The notes: generated by a model from the sequence alone, not told the origin. Counted from the first letter of the stretch, positions 25,770 through 35,392 are shown. The stretch is 64,000 nt of DNA from Puia sp. (GCA_035695565.1 DASRRX010000006.1:55459-119458); one strand, 5' to 3'. Program-made: numbers and translations.

Positions 25770-28442
25770 ATGGCGGAACGATACCATATCATCCAGCGAC
25801 ATGTCTTTGACATTCGTTACGCTGAAAGGGAAAAGGCCTACGAGCTGCAATCGAGGTTCAGCAGGCTTTTCGACCGTGAGGGTAAGGCAGTGTTGCAGGA
25901 AGTTGCCGATCGGGTCATACCGGACAGCTTGTTATTGCGGCTGGAAGAGCTTGATGTGGACCTGGGTCATATCCCGGAGGAGCGGTTAGAGAAGGAATTC
26001 CCAATCCGGCTAAAGGAAGCGCTGGAGGAAGCGCTGTTGCGGGTGATACAGGAGCATAGCCGGCGGAACAAGTCGGGCCTGACGCAATCGCTGGCGGAAC
26101 TGCTGGAACATTTCCTGCTGACCGGCAGCCTGCCATGGTGGGCAGCGGGTACATTGCTTAGCGATCCGGTGGCCGTAGTGGAGCAACTTATCAAGGAAGA
26201 CGCCCGGGCATTGCGTCAACTATTGATCTCTGTTGGACAACGGGACTATGTGAGGCGGCGATTGGCCTATCAATTCCCGGACGAGGTGATCCGGGCGATG
26301 GTGACGGTATTGGAGCCGGATGAGGCGGTCTTCATTTTTGGCTATTATTCCGATGTTGTCGAAGTTCAAAAGCGGGAGTCCCTTTTTCGCCAGGATAGCG
26401 GTGAATTCCGGCAAAGCCTGTGGATCTTCATCTTTACCTATTTATTGATAGACCGGGGGAGCAATTTCAATCGCAAAATATTTGTGCGGAGTACGTTGGC
26501 GCAGATGGCGCGGCGGTACAACCGGGAATATTCGGGGTTGATCACGTTGTTATTCCGGGCCCTGGAGGGCGGCCCATCGGGAATGATCCGGCGGGGCGCA
26601 TTGTCGGGGATCATAGAGGCGTTGTATCAGGAGCAGGGAAATGAGCCGGAGAATAATGAGGACGTTGGGGCACAAGGGATCGAAGAAAGGTTGGAGATGA
26701 TCCGTAATTTTCTTGTGGATAGCCAGCCGGTTCACCAGGATGTAAGGATATTTGCGGAGACGCTGCTTCGGCTGATCGCGGAAGCCCCGGCGGCCGTCCA
26801 TGACCTGTTGCGGTCATTGAGTGGGCAGGAAGGCATTTGGGGGCGGATCGTTTTCGCTTTTGATGAAGAGGTGGTCAAGGAATTGGTGCGGCTTCGGGAG
26901 CCCGAAGAGTCGGAGTTCATATTTCACTATGCCCGGCGGCTCTCCAATCTGCAGCGACAGCAGCCCATCGTAAAAACAGAAAGCAGCGGCTTCTACCTGT
27001 CGGTGTGGGAGTTGATCCTGACGTTCGTCTGGACGGAGCGAGGGAGTCTTTTCAACACGCGGCGTTTCCTGGAATATCATGTCCGGAGGCTGGCGCGGAG
27101 ATATCACATTGCTTACCGGAAGTTATTGGAATTTCTGGTGCAGGGAATAGGTCAGGATATCCGTTCAGACCGGGACAGCACTTTATTCCATTCCCTGACG
27201 GTGTTGTTACAAGAGAATGGAACGGAGGCGGGCGATGATAAGGCGGCGCCGGTCAAGGACGCGGGATCGGCTTCAGCCGCGGAATGGCTGGAAGCATTGG
27301 ACCATTATTTGATCCACCGGCGGTGGCCGGAGCGCTGGAAATTGGAAGGAGGGGTCACGGAGGCGATTCTGTTACAGCAGGTATTGCAGTGGTTGTTCCG
27401 GGAGAGGCCGCTGCTGTTGATGAAATTGCTGGTTGAGGCCGCGAAGCGGTCGCATCCGCCGGTCGATGATGTGGCGATGGCGATGGTGCGCCAGACGATC
27501 CGGTTGTTGTTTGGGCCGACGGTGCTGGCGCGACACCGGGTGGAGCATATCATCCTCGTGGGTGGGAAGGAGCCGATCGATATATTGATCGCTTTTATGG
27601 GCGGGGAGGAGTTGCCGGCGATTGTGGAGGTAAGGAGGGACGAGATGGCGAGGGAGGGAGAGCAAATGAGGGGACGGCAAGTGAGGGGGCGGAGGCATGC
27701 CGGAGACGAGGGGCAACCATCAGGGGAGAAACATGCGACAGATGAAAGGCGGCTGAAGGATGAAAGGCAACCAGGGGGCAAGAAGGAAGCAAGGGATGAG
27801 AGACAGCCAAGGGATGAGAGACGGGAAAAGGATGAAAGACAGGCAAGGGATGAAAGACCGAAGGACAACTTATATATCCAAAATGCGGGGCTTATCCTTC
27901 TGCACCCGTTGATCCCGCATTTCTTCGGGCAGTTGGGATTGACACAGGAAAGGAAGTTCGTCGATGACGCTGCGCAGGGGCGTTCGGCGCATCTCCTGCA
28001 ATTTCTTGTGGATGGGAGGGGCACGGTGGATGGGAAGAGTAAAGTGGACGGTAAGGGCAAGGTGGATGGGAAGAATAAGGCTGACGGGAAAGATAAGGTA
28101 GAGCGACCGGAACATCAGCTTATTTTAAACAAAATATTATGCGATATCCCGATACAGGATCCGGTCGAAAGGAGTATCGTCATCCGGGAGGAGGAGGAAC
28201 GGTTGACGACGCAGTTGTTTCAGGTTCTTCGCGAACGCTGGCCGAAGATGCAGAATACAACAGACGAAGGCATTCGGGTCTCCTTTCTTCAGCGTGATGG
28301 AATATTGACGGCCATCGAGGATGGATGGCGGATGCAGGTGGAGCAGAAGGGTATCGATGTGCTGTTACCCTTTTTGCCGTGGGGTTGGGGAATGGTGAAG
28401 CTACCATGGATGAAAACGACAATCTATACGGAATGGACATAA
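25770..28442 (+). CDS. CIS tape-measure protein (Afp14-like)
   Basis: RLEELDVDLG, HFLLTGSLPWWA, C-terminal YIQNAGLILLHP..FF..LG..LNKILC..FLQRDG..VEQKGIDVLL..LPWGWGMVKLPWM. Confidence 0.92.
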   Translation: MAERYHIIQRHVFDIRYAEREKAYELQSRFSRLFDREGKAVLQEVADRVIPDSLLLRLEELDVDLGHIPEERLEKEFPIRLKEALEEALLRVIQEHSRRNKSGLTQSLAELLEHFLLTGSLPWWAAGTLLSDPVAVVEQLIKEDARALRQLLISVGQRDYVRRRLAYQFPDEVIRAMVTVLEPDEAVFIFGYYSDVVEVQKRESLFRQDSGEFRQSLWIFIFTYLLIDRGSNFNRKIFVRSTLAQMARRYNREYSGLITLLFRALEGGPSGMIRRGALSGIIEALYQEQGNEPENNEDVGAQGIEERLEMIRNFLVDSQPVHQDVRIFAETLLRLIAEAPAAVHDLLRSLSGQEGIWGRIVFAFDEEVVKELVRLREPEESEFIFHYARRLSNLQRQQPIVKTESSGFYLSVWELILTFVWTERGSLFNTRRFLEYHVRRLARRYHIAYRKLLEFLVQGIGQDIRSDRDSTLFHSLTVLLQENGTEAGDDKAAPVKDAGSASAAEWLEALDHYLIHRRWPERWKLEGGVTEAILLQQVLQWLFRERPLLLMKLLVEAAKRSHPPVDDVAMAMVRQTIRLLFGPTVLARHRVEHIILVGGKEPIDILIAFMGGEELPAIVEVRRDEMAREGEQMRGRQVRGRRHAGDEGQPSGEKHATDERRLKDERQPGGKKEARDERQPRDERREKDERQARDERPKDNLYIQNAGLILLHPLIPHFFGQLGLTQERKFVDDAAQGRSAHLLQFLVDGRGTVDGKSKVDGKGKVDGKNKADGKDKVERPEHQLILNKILCDIPIQDPVERSIVIREEEERLTTQLFQVLRERWPKMQNTTDEGIRVSFLQRDGILTAIEDGWRMQVEQKGIDVLLPFLPWGWGMVKLPWMKTTIYTEWT
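28011..28100 (+). repeat. 5 x 18-bp in-frame repeat (DGK.K.) in tape measure
   Basis: gatgggaggggcacggtg/gatgggaagagtaaagtg/gacggtaagggcaaggtg/gatgggaagaataaggct/gacgggaaagataaggta. Confidence 0.93.
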
Positions 28443-29788
28443 AGATCATGAATGCGAATGCTGCGGCCCTGACGAGGGAGATGGCCTGGCTGGCTGAGGT
28501 CATCAAGGTCCGGATGAAGCTCTTCCAGGGTCAGGAATGCGCTTACTCTGCGGCGCAGGAAGCGCCGGCGCCTGATCTCTCGAATGACGACTCATTATAT
28601 GGAAAGGTGGTCCGATACTATCGGATGACTGCGGCAGAGCGCATCATCCTGTCGTTGGCATTGGCGCCGCATTTACTACCGCATTTACTCGACGTCTTCT
28701 TTACCCGAAATGCCGAATATGACCGGGGTTTTACGGAATTTGGCGGGATCAAGGGGCAAAATCATGGCGGCCTTCTTCCAACGGGCGAGACGGCGGCTTT
28801 TCTGTTGGCGGGAGAAGGGTTGGAGCAGCGATTTCAGGTGATGGATCTCTTTATGGAGGATCATTTCTTTCGCAAGCACAATATCCTGTCGCTGACTCAT
28901 TCGCAAACAGATGAGCCTTTTCTGAGCGGGATGATCCGCATCTCCGAAGAATACCTTAGTTATTTCACCCGGGGCGTCGCGCACCGGCCGGAGTTCAGCG
29001 CCCAATTCCCCGCCCGGCGCATCCATACAGAACTCGACTGGTCAGAGCTTGTGCTGGAGAGTGAAACGATGGTGGGGGTCGAAGAGATCAGGGACTGGCT
29101 GGATTATGGTGACGTACTGCTACAGGATTGGGGAATGGCCAGGAAGCTAAAGCCGGGATTCCGCGCTTTGTTCCATGGTCCGCCGGGAACAGGTAAGACT
29201 TTCACGGCCACGCTGCTGGGTAAATCATCAGGTCGTGATGTATACCGGATCGATCTCTCGATGGTGGTGTCGAAATACATCGGCGAGACGGAGAAGAACC
29301 TTTCGAAGGTGTTCGATCAGGCGGAGAAAAAGAACTGGATCTTGTTCTTCGATGAAGCCGATGCTTTGTTTGGGAAGCGGACGCAAACATCGAGCGCAAA
29401 TGACCGGTATGCGAATCAGGAAGTGTCGTATCTCCTGCAGCGGATGGAAGATTTCCCGGGGGTGGTGATCCTGGCGACCAACCTGCGGGCCAACCTTGAT
29501 GAGGCGTTCAGCCGGCGGTTCCAGTCAATGGTATATTTCCCGGTACCTGGCCCCGAGCATCGGCTTTTGTTGTGGCAGCACTCCTTTCCGGAGAAGGCCA
29601 GTCTCGAGACCGGTTGTAATCTGCCATTACTTGCGGAGAAGTATGAGCTGACGGGCGGGGCGATCATGAATATAAGCCGATTTGCGTCGTTGCTTGCGAT
29701 CAAACGCGGGACGGAAATGATTGCGCATAAGGATATCCTTGCGGGGATCAGGAAGGAATTTGGAAAGGAGGGGAAGACGGTGCACTGA
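28433..29788 (+). CDS. CIS AAA+ ATPase (Afp15-like)
   Basis: Walker A GPPGTGKT, Walker B LFFDEAD, SKYIGETEKNL, RYANQEVSYLLQR; start 28433 or 28448. Confidence 0.96.
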   Translation: MDIKIMNANAAALTREMAWLAEVIKVRMKLFQGQECAYSAAQEAPAPDLSNDDSLYGKVVRYYRMTAAERIILSLALAPHLLPHLLDVFFTRNAEYDRGFTEFGGIKGQNHGGLLPTGETAAFLLAGEGLEQRFQVMDLFMEDHFFRKHNILSLTHSQTDEPFLSGMIRISEEYLSYFTRGVAHRPEFSAQFPARRIHTELDWSELVLESETMVGVEEIRDWLDYGDVLLQDWGMARKLKPGFRALFHGPPGTGKTFTATLLGKSSGRDVYRIDLSMVVSKYIGETEKNLSKVFDQAEKKNWILFFDEADALFGKRTQTSSANDRYANQEVSYLLQRMEDFPGVVILATNLRANLDEAFSRRFQSMVYFPVPGPEHRLLLWQHSFPEKASLETGCNLPLLAEKYELTGGAIMNISRFASLLAIKRGTEMIAHKDILAGIRKEFGKEGKTVH

Positions 29789-29829
29789 CGGCGGTCAAAA
29801 CATTGCATTTTATCAAATGATCGAGTATT

Positions 29830-30261
29830 ATGAACAAAGTTAATCATGCACTCCGGCTATCATGCTGGATCTGGCTCGTACTGTCGGCGGGCTGTCAGTC
29901 GTATGACCGCTCCGCCAATCTTTGGCTGGTCAACCGGACAAATCATTTGGTATATTATTGGCTTAGCTGTGATTCGGCTTACCCGGATATGCAGATGAAC
30001 CACAGCTATAAACTAAAGGCCCATGAAAGCGTACAGCCTTATCTGTTATATGGACCGGAAGGTAATGGTCCAAATAAGAATTCATGGATCAATGCGATCA
30101 ACCGGGCAGATGACAGCGCGCTTCATATTTTCTTTTACTATATCGATTACAAGGAGCACGGGGACCGTCGTGACAGTGTATTCAAAATGATCATCAAGAG
30201 GTACGACCTCCGGGTCGATTCGCTGATACGGCTAGGGTGGAAGGTGGAGTATCCGTTATGA
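29830..30261 (+). CDS. Hypothetical lipoprotein
   Basis: Lipobox LSAG-C at residue 22; 143 aa; ends IIKRYDLRVDSLIRLGWKVEYPL. Confidence 0.75.
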   Translation: MNKVNHALRLSCWIWLVLSAGCQSYDRSANLWLVNRTNHLVYYWLSCDSAYPDMQMNHSYKLKAHESVQPYLLYGPEGNGPNKNSWINAINRADDSALHIFFYYIDYKEHGDRRDSVFKMIIKRYDLRVDSLIRLGWKVEYPL

Positions 30262-30321
30262 TCGATGCGGATGTTGTGGTTTAGGAAATTATCGCTATAT
30301 TTCGTTGAGAACATTACCAGG

Positions 30322-31161
30322 ATGGGCGCAGGATTTTTTGTATTGATCATTATCGTCGTAACCACCTTTGTTTCGTATAAAGGATTTATAAACAATCGCT
30401 TCCTTCAGGACTATGAGTTCGAGGTCGACCGGATCCTGGCAGACCGGCAATATTACCGGCTGGTGACCTCCGGGTTCCTGCACACAAGTTGGCTGCATCT
30501 GGGTTTCAATATGTTCAGCCTTTATATTTTCAGCGAGGTGGCCGGAGCCTGGTTGGGCAGCCTGAATTTTCTGATCATCTATTTTGCAAGCCTGACGGGC
30601 GGAGGCTTGTTGTCCCTGCTTATCCACCGGAATCACGGCACCTATAGTTCCGTGGGAGCGTCGGGTGCGGTTTGCGGGGTGATGTTTGCGTCGGTGGCAT
30701 TGTATCCGCAGATGACCATTGGATTGTTCCCGCTTCCGTTCTCGATCCCCAGTTGGCTGTATGCGCTGTTGTTTGTCGGGTTTAGTATTTATGGGATCCG
30801 GTCGAAGAAGGACAACATCGGGCATGATGCGCATCTGGGCGGAGCGCTGGTGGGGATGGTGCTGGCGCTGGTGATGCATCCGGCAGCCTTTGCCGAGAAT
30901 TATGCGACGATCCTATTGATCCTTGTGCCGGCGGTTGTCTTTGTATACGTCATTATTACCCGGCCGGAGTTGCTTTTCGTTGACAATTTGTTCTATAAGA
31001 CGCAAAGGGACTTCTATAACATCGACCATGAATGGAATGCCAGGCGGGCGGACCAGCAGCAGGAGGTCGACCGGATCCTTGACAAGATCAGCCGGTCGGG
31101 GATGGGAAGTTTGAGCAGGAAGGAGAAGCGGACGTTGAAAGATTATTCCAAAAAAGTTTAA
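30322..31161 (+). CDS. Rhomboid family intramembrane serine protease with C-terminal DUF6576-like tail
   Basis: YYRLVTSGFLH, HLGFNM, catalytic GASG, AHLGGA; tail VDRILDKISRSGMGSLSRKEK. Confidence 0.93.
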   Translation: MGAGFFVLIIIVVTTFVSYKGFINNRFLQDYEFEVDRILADRQYYRLVTSGFLHTSWLHLGFNMFSLYIFSEVAGAWLGSLNFLIIYFASLTGGGLLSLLIHRNHGTYSSVGASGAVCGVMFASVALYPQMTIGLFPLPFSIPSWLYALLFVGFSIYGIRSKKDNIGHDAHLGGALVGMVLALVMHPAAFAENYATILLILVPAVVFVYVIITRPELLFVDNLFYKTQRDFYNIDHEWNARRADQQQEVDRILDKISRSGMGSLSRKEKRTLKDYSKKV

Positions 31162-31408
31162 GGGGGATGCCGCCCGGGGCGGCAGCGTTGGCACCGGTCG
31201 CGGCAGGGGAAGCCGCGCCGGAGGCCTTGGCTGTGTCGGGTTTAGTATTTTTCGGCTTCTTTTTGAAAAGCCCTTTTATGGAACCTTCGGTTTTGTAAGC
31301 CGTTTGTACAAAAAGACGATAAAATGAGACCCGGGACAATCGGATGAATATATGATTTTTTGTGGGTGGGAAGGGTCGCAGGCAGGGCCTGCCGCCGGAG
31401 GCCGGCGC

Positions 31409-32038
31409 TTATTTCTTAGGGCTGAGAACGCGGGCGACGGCTTCGGCTTTCGAGTTGACGTGGAGCTTGTTGTAGATATTACAGATATGGGTGCGGATGG
31501 TACTGATGCTGACGCAGTATTTGTCAGCTATCTTTTTATAACTAAGACCGTCGATGAGGGAATAGAGGATCTCATTTTCCCTGGTTGTAAGGCGGTAGTC
31601 TTTAATGATAGAAGGAGGGGCGGTCTGAAACGACTGGATGACGCGGCGGGCAATGCTGGAAGTCATGGGGGCGCCGCCGTGGTAGAGGTCGAAGGCGCCC
31701 TGGACGATCTCGGCGGGCGGCGTCTTCTTTAGCAGGTAGCCGCTGGCGCCGGCGCGGATGGCGTCGAATATCTTCTCGTCGTCGTCGAAGACAGTGAACA
31801 TCAGCACGTGGACGGAAGGAAAATGGGTCTTGACGGTTCGGACGCCTTCAATTCCGGAGATGTTGGGAAGGCCGATGTCCATGAGGATGATGTCGGGCTT
31901 CGAGGCACCTACTTCGCTGACGACGTTGAGCAGGTTATTGAGGGAGGCCACGCACCGCATGCCCTCGGTGTGATTGAACAAACTCTCGAGGCTGCTGCGT
32001 AAGGTTGGGTTATCTTCTACGATAGCGATCCTGATCAT
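31409..32038 (-). CDS. NarL/LuxR-family response regulator
   Basis: IAIVEDN, ILMDIGLP, GYLLKK, LTTRENEILYSL..GLSYKKIA...TIRTHICNIYNKLHV. Confidence 0.96.
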   Translation of the reverse strand: MIRIAIVEDNPTLRSSLESLFNHTEGMRCVASLNNLLNVVSEVGASKPDIILMDIGLPNISGIEGVRTVKTHFPSVHVLMFTVFDDDEKIFDAIRAGASGYLLKKTPPAEIVQGAFDLYHGGAPMTSSIARRVIQSFQTAPPSIIKDYRLTTRENEILYSLIDGLSYKKIADKYCVSISTIRTHICNIYNKLHVNSKAEAVARVLSPKK

Positions 32039-32148
32039 TCCTTCAAATATCCGACGGATTCGGGAGGTTTCCAATCGGATGTTCATAGGATATTGGGGGG
32101 CAGGATCGGGCGGCGGCGGTCGGTCAGAGTTCGGCTGTCATCGATTGG

Positions 32149-34017
32149 TCAGGATCCGGCGGCGGTCGATTCGGCCGCGACCCGGAGCTGGATACCCGTC
32201 CCTTCGCCAGGCGCCGAGCGGATAGACAGGCGGGCGTTCATCAGCGCGGCGCGGCGCCGCATACCGGAGAGGCCATTGCCCGTGGACGGGGTGGTCTGGT
32301 CGAAACCGCGGCCGTTGTCGCGGACGGAAAGGTAAAGGTACTGGCTTTCGAAGCAGACCTCCAGCGAGGCCTGGGTGGCGTCCGCGTATTTGACCAAGTT
32401 ATTGATGGCTTCTTTGAGAATGAGGTAGATATGCTGACGATAGTCCATCGGGAGGCGGACCTGGCTAATATTCTTCTGGATGTCGATGCTGTATTCGACC
32501 CCTTTGGCTTCGAAGAGGGTCGTGGCAAAATGCCGGACGCGGATGAGGAGGTTCTCCAGCGAATCGTTCCGCGGGCTGATACTCCAGACGATATCGTCCA
32601 TGCGTTCCATGAGCATCATGGAGCTGTCCTTAATCTCATTCATGGTCTCCAGGGTCTCGGCGTTGCTATTGCCGCGGAGGGCGAGGTCGCTGAGAATGGA
32701 GATGGAGCTTAGGGTTGAGCCGATATCATCGTGCAGATCCTGGGCGATCTTGTTGCGGATGTGCTGCATGCGGTTCTGCAAAAGCTCGTTGGCCTTCAGT
32801 TGTTCGATAAGCTTCTGCTGGCTGCTGATCTTTTCCTTCTCGGTCATCTGGCTCTTATAACTAAGACCGGCGGTAAAACAAAGTACTTCCAGCACGATGC
32901 CCGCCTGGGGAAAGACGAAAATATCCGGGACGCCAAGATCGATATGGCGGTTGATCTCGAAGTAGCTAAAGACAAGACCAAGGATATGACCGGTCGCAAC
33001 AAAAAGGCTCCCGGAAATGATATAATAGATCAGTACGCCCCCACGCCGGTACATATAGACCATGAAGCCGATAGTGAGCAGGAAGACGGCGGCGAAGACG
33101 ATGGTATAGATCCCGGTCTGAACGGGGCGGTCGAAGGTGAACAGGATAAAGAGGAAATCGAAGGCCGCGTAAACCAGCAAAAAATTTTCCATGCGGATGA
33201 TCCAGGCATTCAGCCGGGGATGGCCGCGGGGAATATCGAGGAAGCTCCTGACAAAGCGAAAGTATACATAATAAGGCAGGATCAGCAAGGTCTTTCCCAG
33301 GTAGACCGTCAGCAAAGGCCAGCGGGTGAAAAGGATATCCGTGCCGAACATGGATTCCTGTTTGCTGAGAAAGTAGACCGCGATCAGGGTCATGTAGAGC
33401 AGGTAATATAGATATTCCTTACGCCGGACCATCACCCACTGGAAGAACATGTAAAGCAACTGGCAAACGAGAAAGCCCATGAACAGCATGCGAACGATGA
33501 TCGTGGAATTGCTGGCTGAGAGGTCTTGAGCCAGGGCGGCGTTCAGCGAAGCGGGGTCGTAGAGGACAAGGCCGTCAAAGGAAAGCTCGTCGGTCCGCTG
33601 TCGGATGGTCACTGTCAGGGGCAGCGTGCCGTTTGCGGGAAGCGACAGCGGTATAACCCCGGCCTGGCGCTGAGCATAGCTCGAACCCGGTGGCGTCGAT
33701 CGCATCCGTCCCCCACGAATCTGCTGCGAGCCTATGGTGGCGTCGACAAAATCGACTTCGCCAAAACCCATGGAAAGCGGGAGCGTATTGCGGGTGCTGT
33801 TGCGGAGGATCGTTGTTATGGTAAAGACATGCCCCCGGGGATCGTGATCCAGTCGCGACAGAAATTGGGACCAGGTGAACGTTGTTCCGTCAACGGAACA
33901 GACGGGTGTATCCAGAACAAGGAGACCGCCGGAGGAGGCCAGATTGGTCAGGGGGCCCTGGGCTCGGGCAGGGGAAAGTGCGAGCAGGCAAAACAAGAAG
34001 GTTAGCAGGCGCCTCAA
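32149..34017 (-). CDS. Membrane sensor histidine kinase (7TM-DISM type, HisKA_3)
   Basis: Signal peptide from probable TTG 34017, ~7 TM helices, IAQDLHDDIG, KEAINN, DNGRGF, GNGLSGM, PGEGT. Confidence 0.9.
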   Translation of the reverse strand: MRRLLTFLFCLLALSPARAQGPLTNLASSGGLLVLDTPVCSVDGTTFTWSQFLSRLDHDPRGHVFTITTILRNSTRNTLPLSMGFGEVDFVDATIGSQQIRGGRMRSTPPGSSYAQRQAGVIPLSLPANGTLPLTVTIRQRTDELSFDGLVLYDPASLNAALAQDLSASNSTIIVRMLFMGFLVCQLLYMFFQWVMVRRKEYLYYLLYMTLIAVYFLSKQESMFGTDILFTRWPLLTVYLGKTLLILPYYVYFRFVRSFLDIPRGHPRLNAWIIRMENFLLVYAAFDFLFILFTFDRPVQTGIYTIVFAAVFLLTIGFMVYMYRRGGVLIYYIISGSLFVATGHILGLVFSYFEINRHIDLGVPDIFVFPQAGIVLEVLCFTAGLSYKSQMTEKEKISSQQKLIEQLKANELLQNRMQHIRNKIAQDLHDDIGSTLSSISILSDLALRGNSNAETLETMNEIKDSSMMLMERMDDIVWSISPRNDSLENLLIRVRHFATTLFEAKGVEYSIDIQKNISQVRLPMDYRQHIYLILKEAINNLVKYADATQASLEVCFESQYLYLSVRDNGRGFDQTTPSTGNGLSGMRRRAALMNARLSIRSAPGEGTGIQLRVAAESTAAGS

Positions 34018-34114
34018 GTCAGCAATTTTCGTTCCCCCAATATAGCGAAAAAACAAGCGGGACCGGCATGCAACGGTCGGATGAATTAGGTTGTCAACGG
34101 GAAAAACCCTATTT

Positions 34115-35392
34115 ATGAGAAATAAAGTCAGCTTGCTGCTGTCGGCTCTGGCCGTAATTACCGGGGGTTTGCTGTTGCTCCCGGGATGTCTGAAGGACCG
34201 GGTCACCGCAAGATATAAGATAATGTCGCCGGTCTATTCGCTGAGATCCACGGTACTTGCCAATGTTAACGGTGATCCGGGAACGGCGATAAGCCAGCCG
34301 GGCCAGATCTATGTCAAAGGGTCCTACATCTTTCTGAATGATATCGATAGGGGTATTCATGTGATCGACAACAGCAATCCCTCCAACCCGGTGCAGACAG
34401 CTTTCCTGAATATCCCTGGCAATCTGAATATCGGCATTCGCAACAATATCCTGTATGCCGATATGTATACGGACGTACTGTCGATCGATATCTCGAATAT
34501 CCATCAGGTGAAGATCATCGGGCTGTTGCGGAGCTTCTTTACGACGCGGAATTTCAGTACGGACAGCAACTATGTGGTCGCCAACTGGATTCTTAAGGAT
34601 ACCAGTATTGCGGTCGTGCCCCAGGGTTATACTGTCATTCCCAATACCAATTATATCACTTATCCCAACGCCGCTCCTCTCTATGAAGAATTTGCGGCCG
34701 CATCTTCTTCCGGGTCGCAGTCGGGCACGGGGACGGCAGGGTCCGAAGCGGTCATGACGCTGGTTGGGAATTACCTTTATGCTATCCCCGAACAACACAG
34801 TCTGGGGGTCATAAATATCGCCGACTCGACGAAACCTAAGCAAACACAGCTGGGTATGGCCGGGTTTGATCTGGAAACGATATTTCCGATCCAGAACAAG
34901 CTGCTGGTTGGGTCAAAGGAAGGGGTCTATGTGTTTTCGCTCAGCGATCCGGCAAACCCGGCACAAGTAGGGGAGTTCACCCATGGAACCGCCTGTGATC
35001 CCGTGATCGCGAATTCGAATTTCGCCTACCTGACGTTGCATACAGGTACCTATTGCGGCGCGGCGAGCAATGAGCTGGACATCCTGAACGCGAAGGATAT
35101 CTCCAATGCAACGCTGATCCAAAGCTATCCGATGACTTCGCCTACGGGTTTGTGCCTGGACGGCTCGCTGTTATTTGTTTGCGACCAATCGGTCGTCAAG
35201 GTGTTCGATGTCAGCAGTCCGACCAATCTTCAGCTGCTTTCGTCGGTGCCTGTCAACAGTCCCAGTGATGTTATCGCAACCGATCACGTGATGATGGTCG
35301 TCGCCGCGGACGGGTTACACCAGTTCGATTATACCGATCCAAGTCATGTCACGAAGCTTAGCTATCTGGCACTAAATAATTCGAAGTTATGA
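34115..35392 (+). CDS. LVIVD-repeat beta-propeller lipoprotein
   Basis: Lipobox LPG-C, GIHVIDNSNPSNP, LYADMYTD, ETIFP, HGTACDPV, LFVCD. Confidence 0.85.
   Translation: MRNKVSLLLSALAVITGGLLLLPGCLKDRVTARYKIMSPVYSLRSTVLANVNGDPGTAISQPGQIYVKGSYIFLNDIDRGIHVIDNSNPSNPVQTAFLNIPGNLNIGIRNNILYADMYTDVLSIDISNIHQVKIIGLLRSFFTTRNFSTDSNYVVANWILKDTSIAVVPQGYTVIPNTNYITYPNAAPLYEEFAAASSSGSQSGTGTAGSEAVMTLVGNYLYAIPEQHSLGVINIADSTKPKQTQLGMAGFDLETIFPIQNKLLVGSKEGVYVFSLSDPANPAQVGEFTHGTACDPVIANSNFAYLTLHTGTYCGAASNELDILNAKDISNATLIQSYPMTSPTGLCLDGSLLFVCDQSVVKVFDVSSPTNLQLLSSVPVNSPSDVIATDHVMMVVAADGLHQFDYTDPSHVTKLSYLALNNSKL

Noticed and set aside
10669-29788. Prophage or canonical T6SS (subtypes i-iii)
   Set aside because: No capsid, terminase, portal or integrase, and no TssB/TssC split sheath, ClpV or TssJLM/TssNOP. 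The DUF4255 + tape measure + Afp15 ATPase set indicates eCIS.
31168-31184. Rho-independent terminator after the rhomboid (TGCCGCC-cgg-GGCGGCA)
   Set aside because: A 7-bp GC stem is present, but the loop is only 3 nt and there is no U-tract on the + strand. Insufficient support.
34018-34206. N-terminal extension of the kinase ORF
   Set aside because: It overlaps the divergent lipoprotein gene, and the signal peptide starts at TTG 34017.
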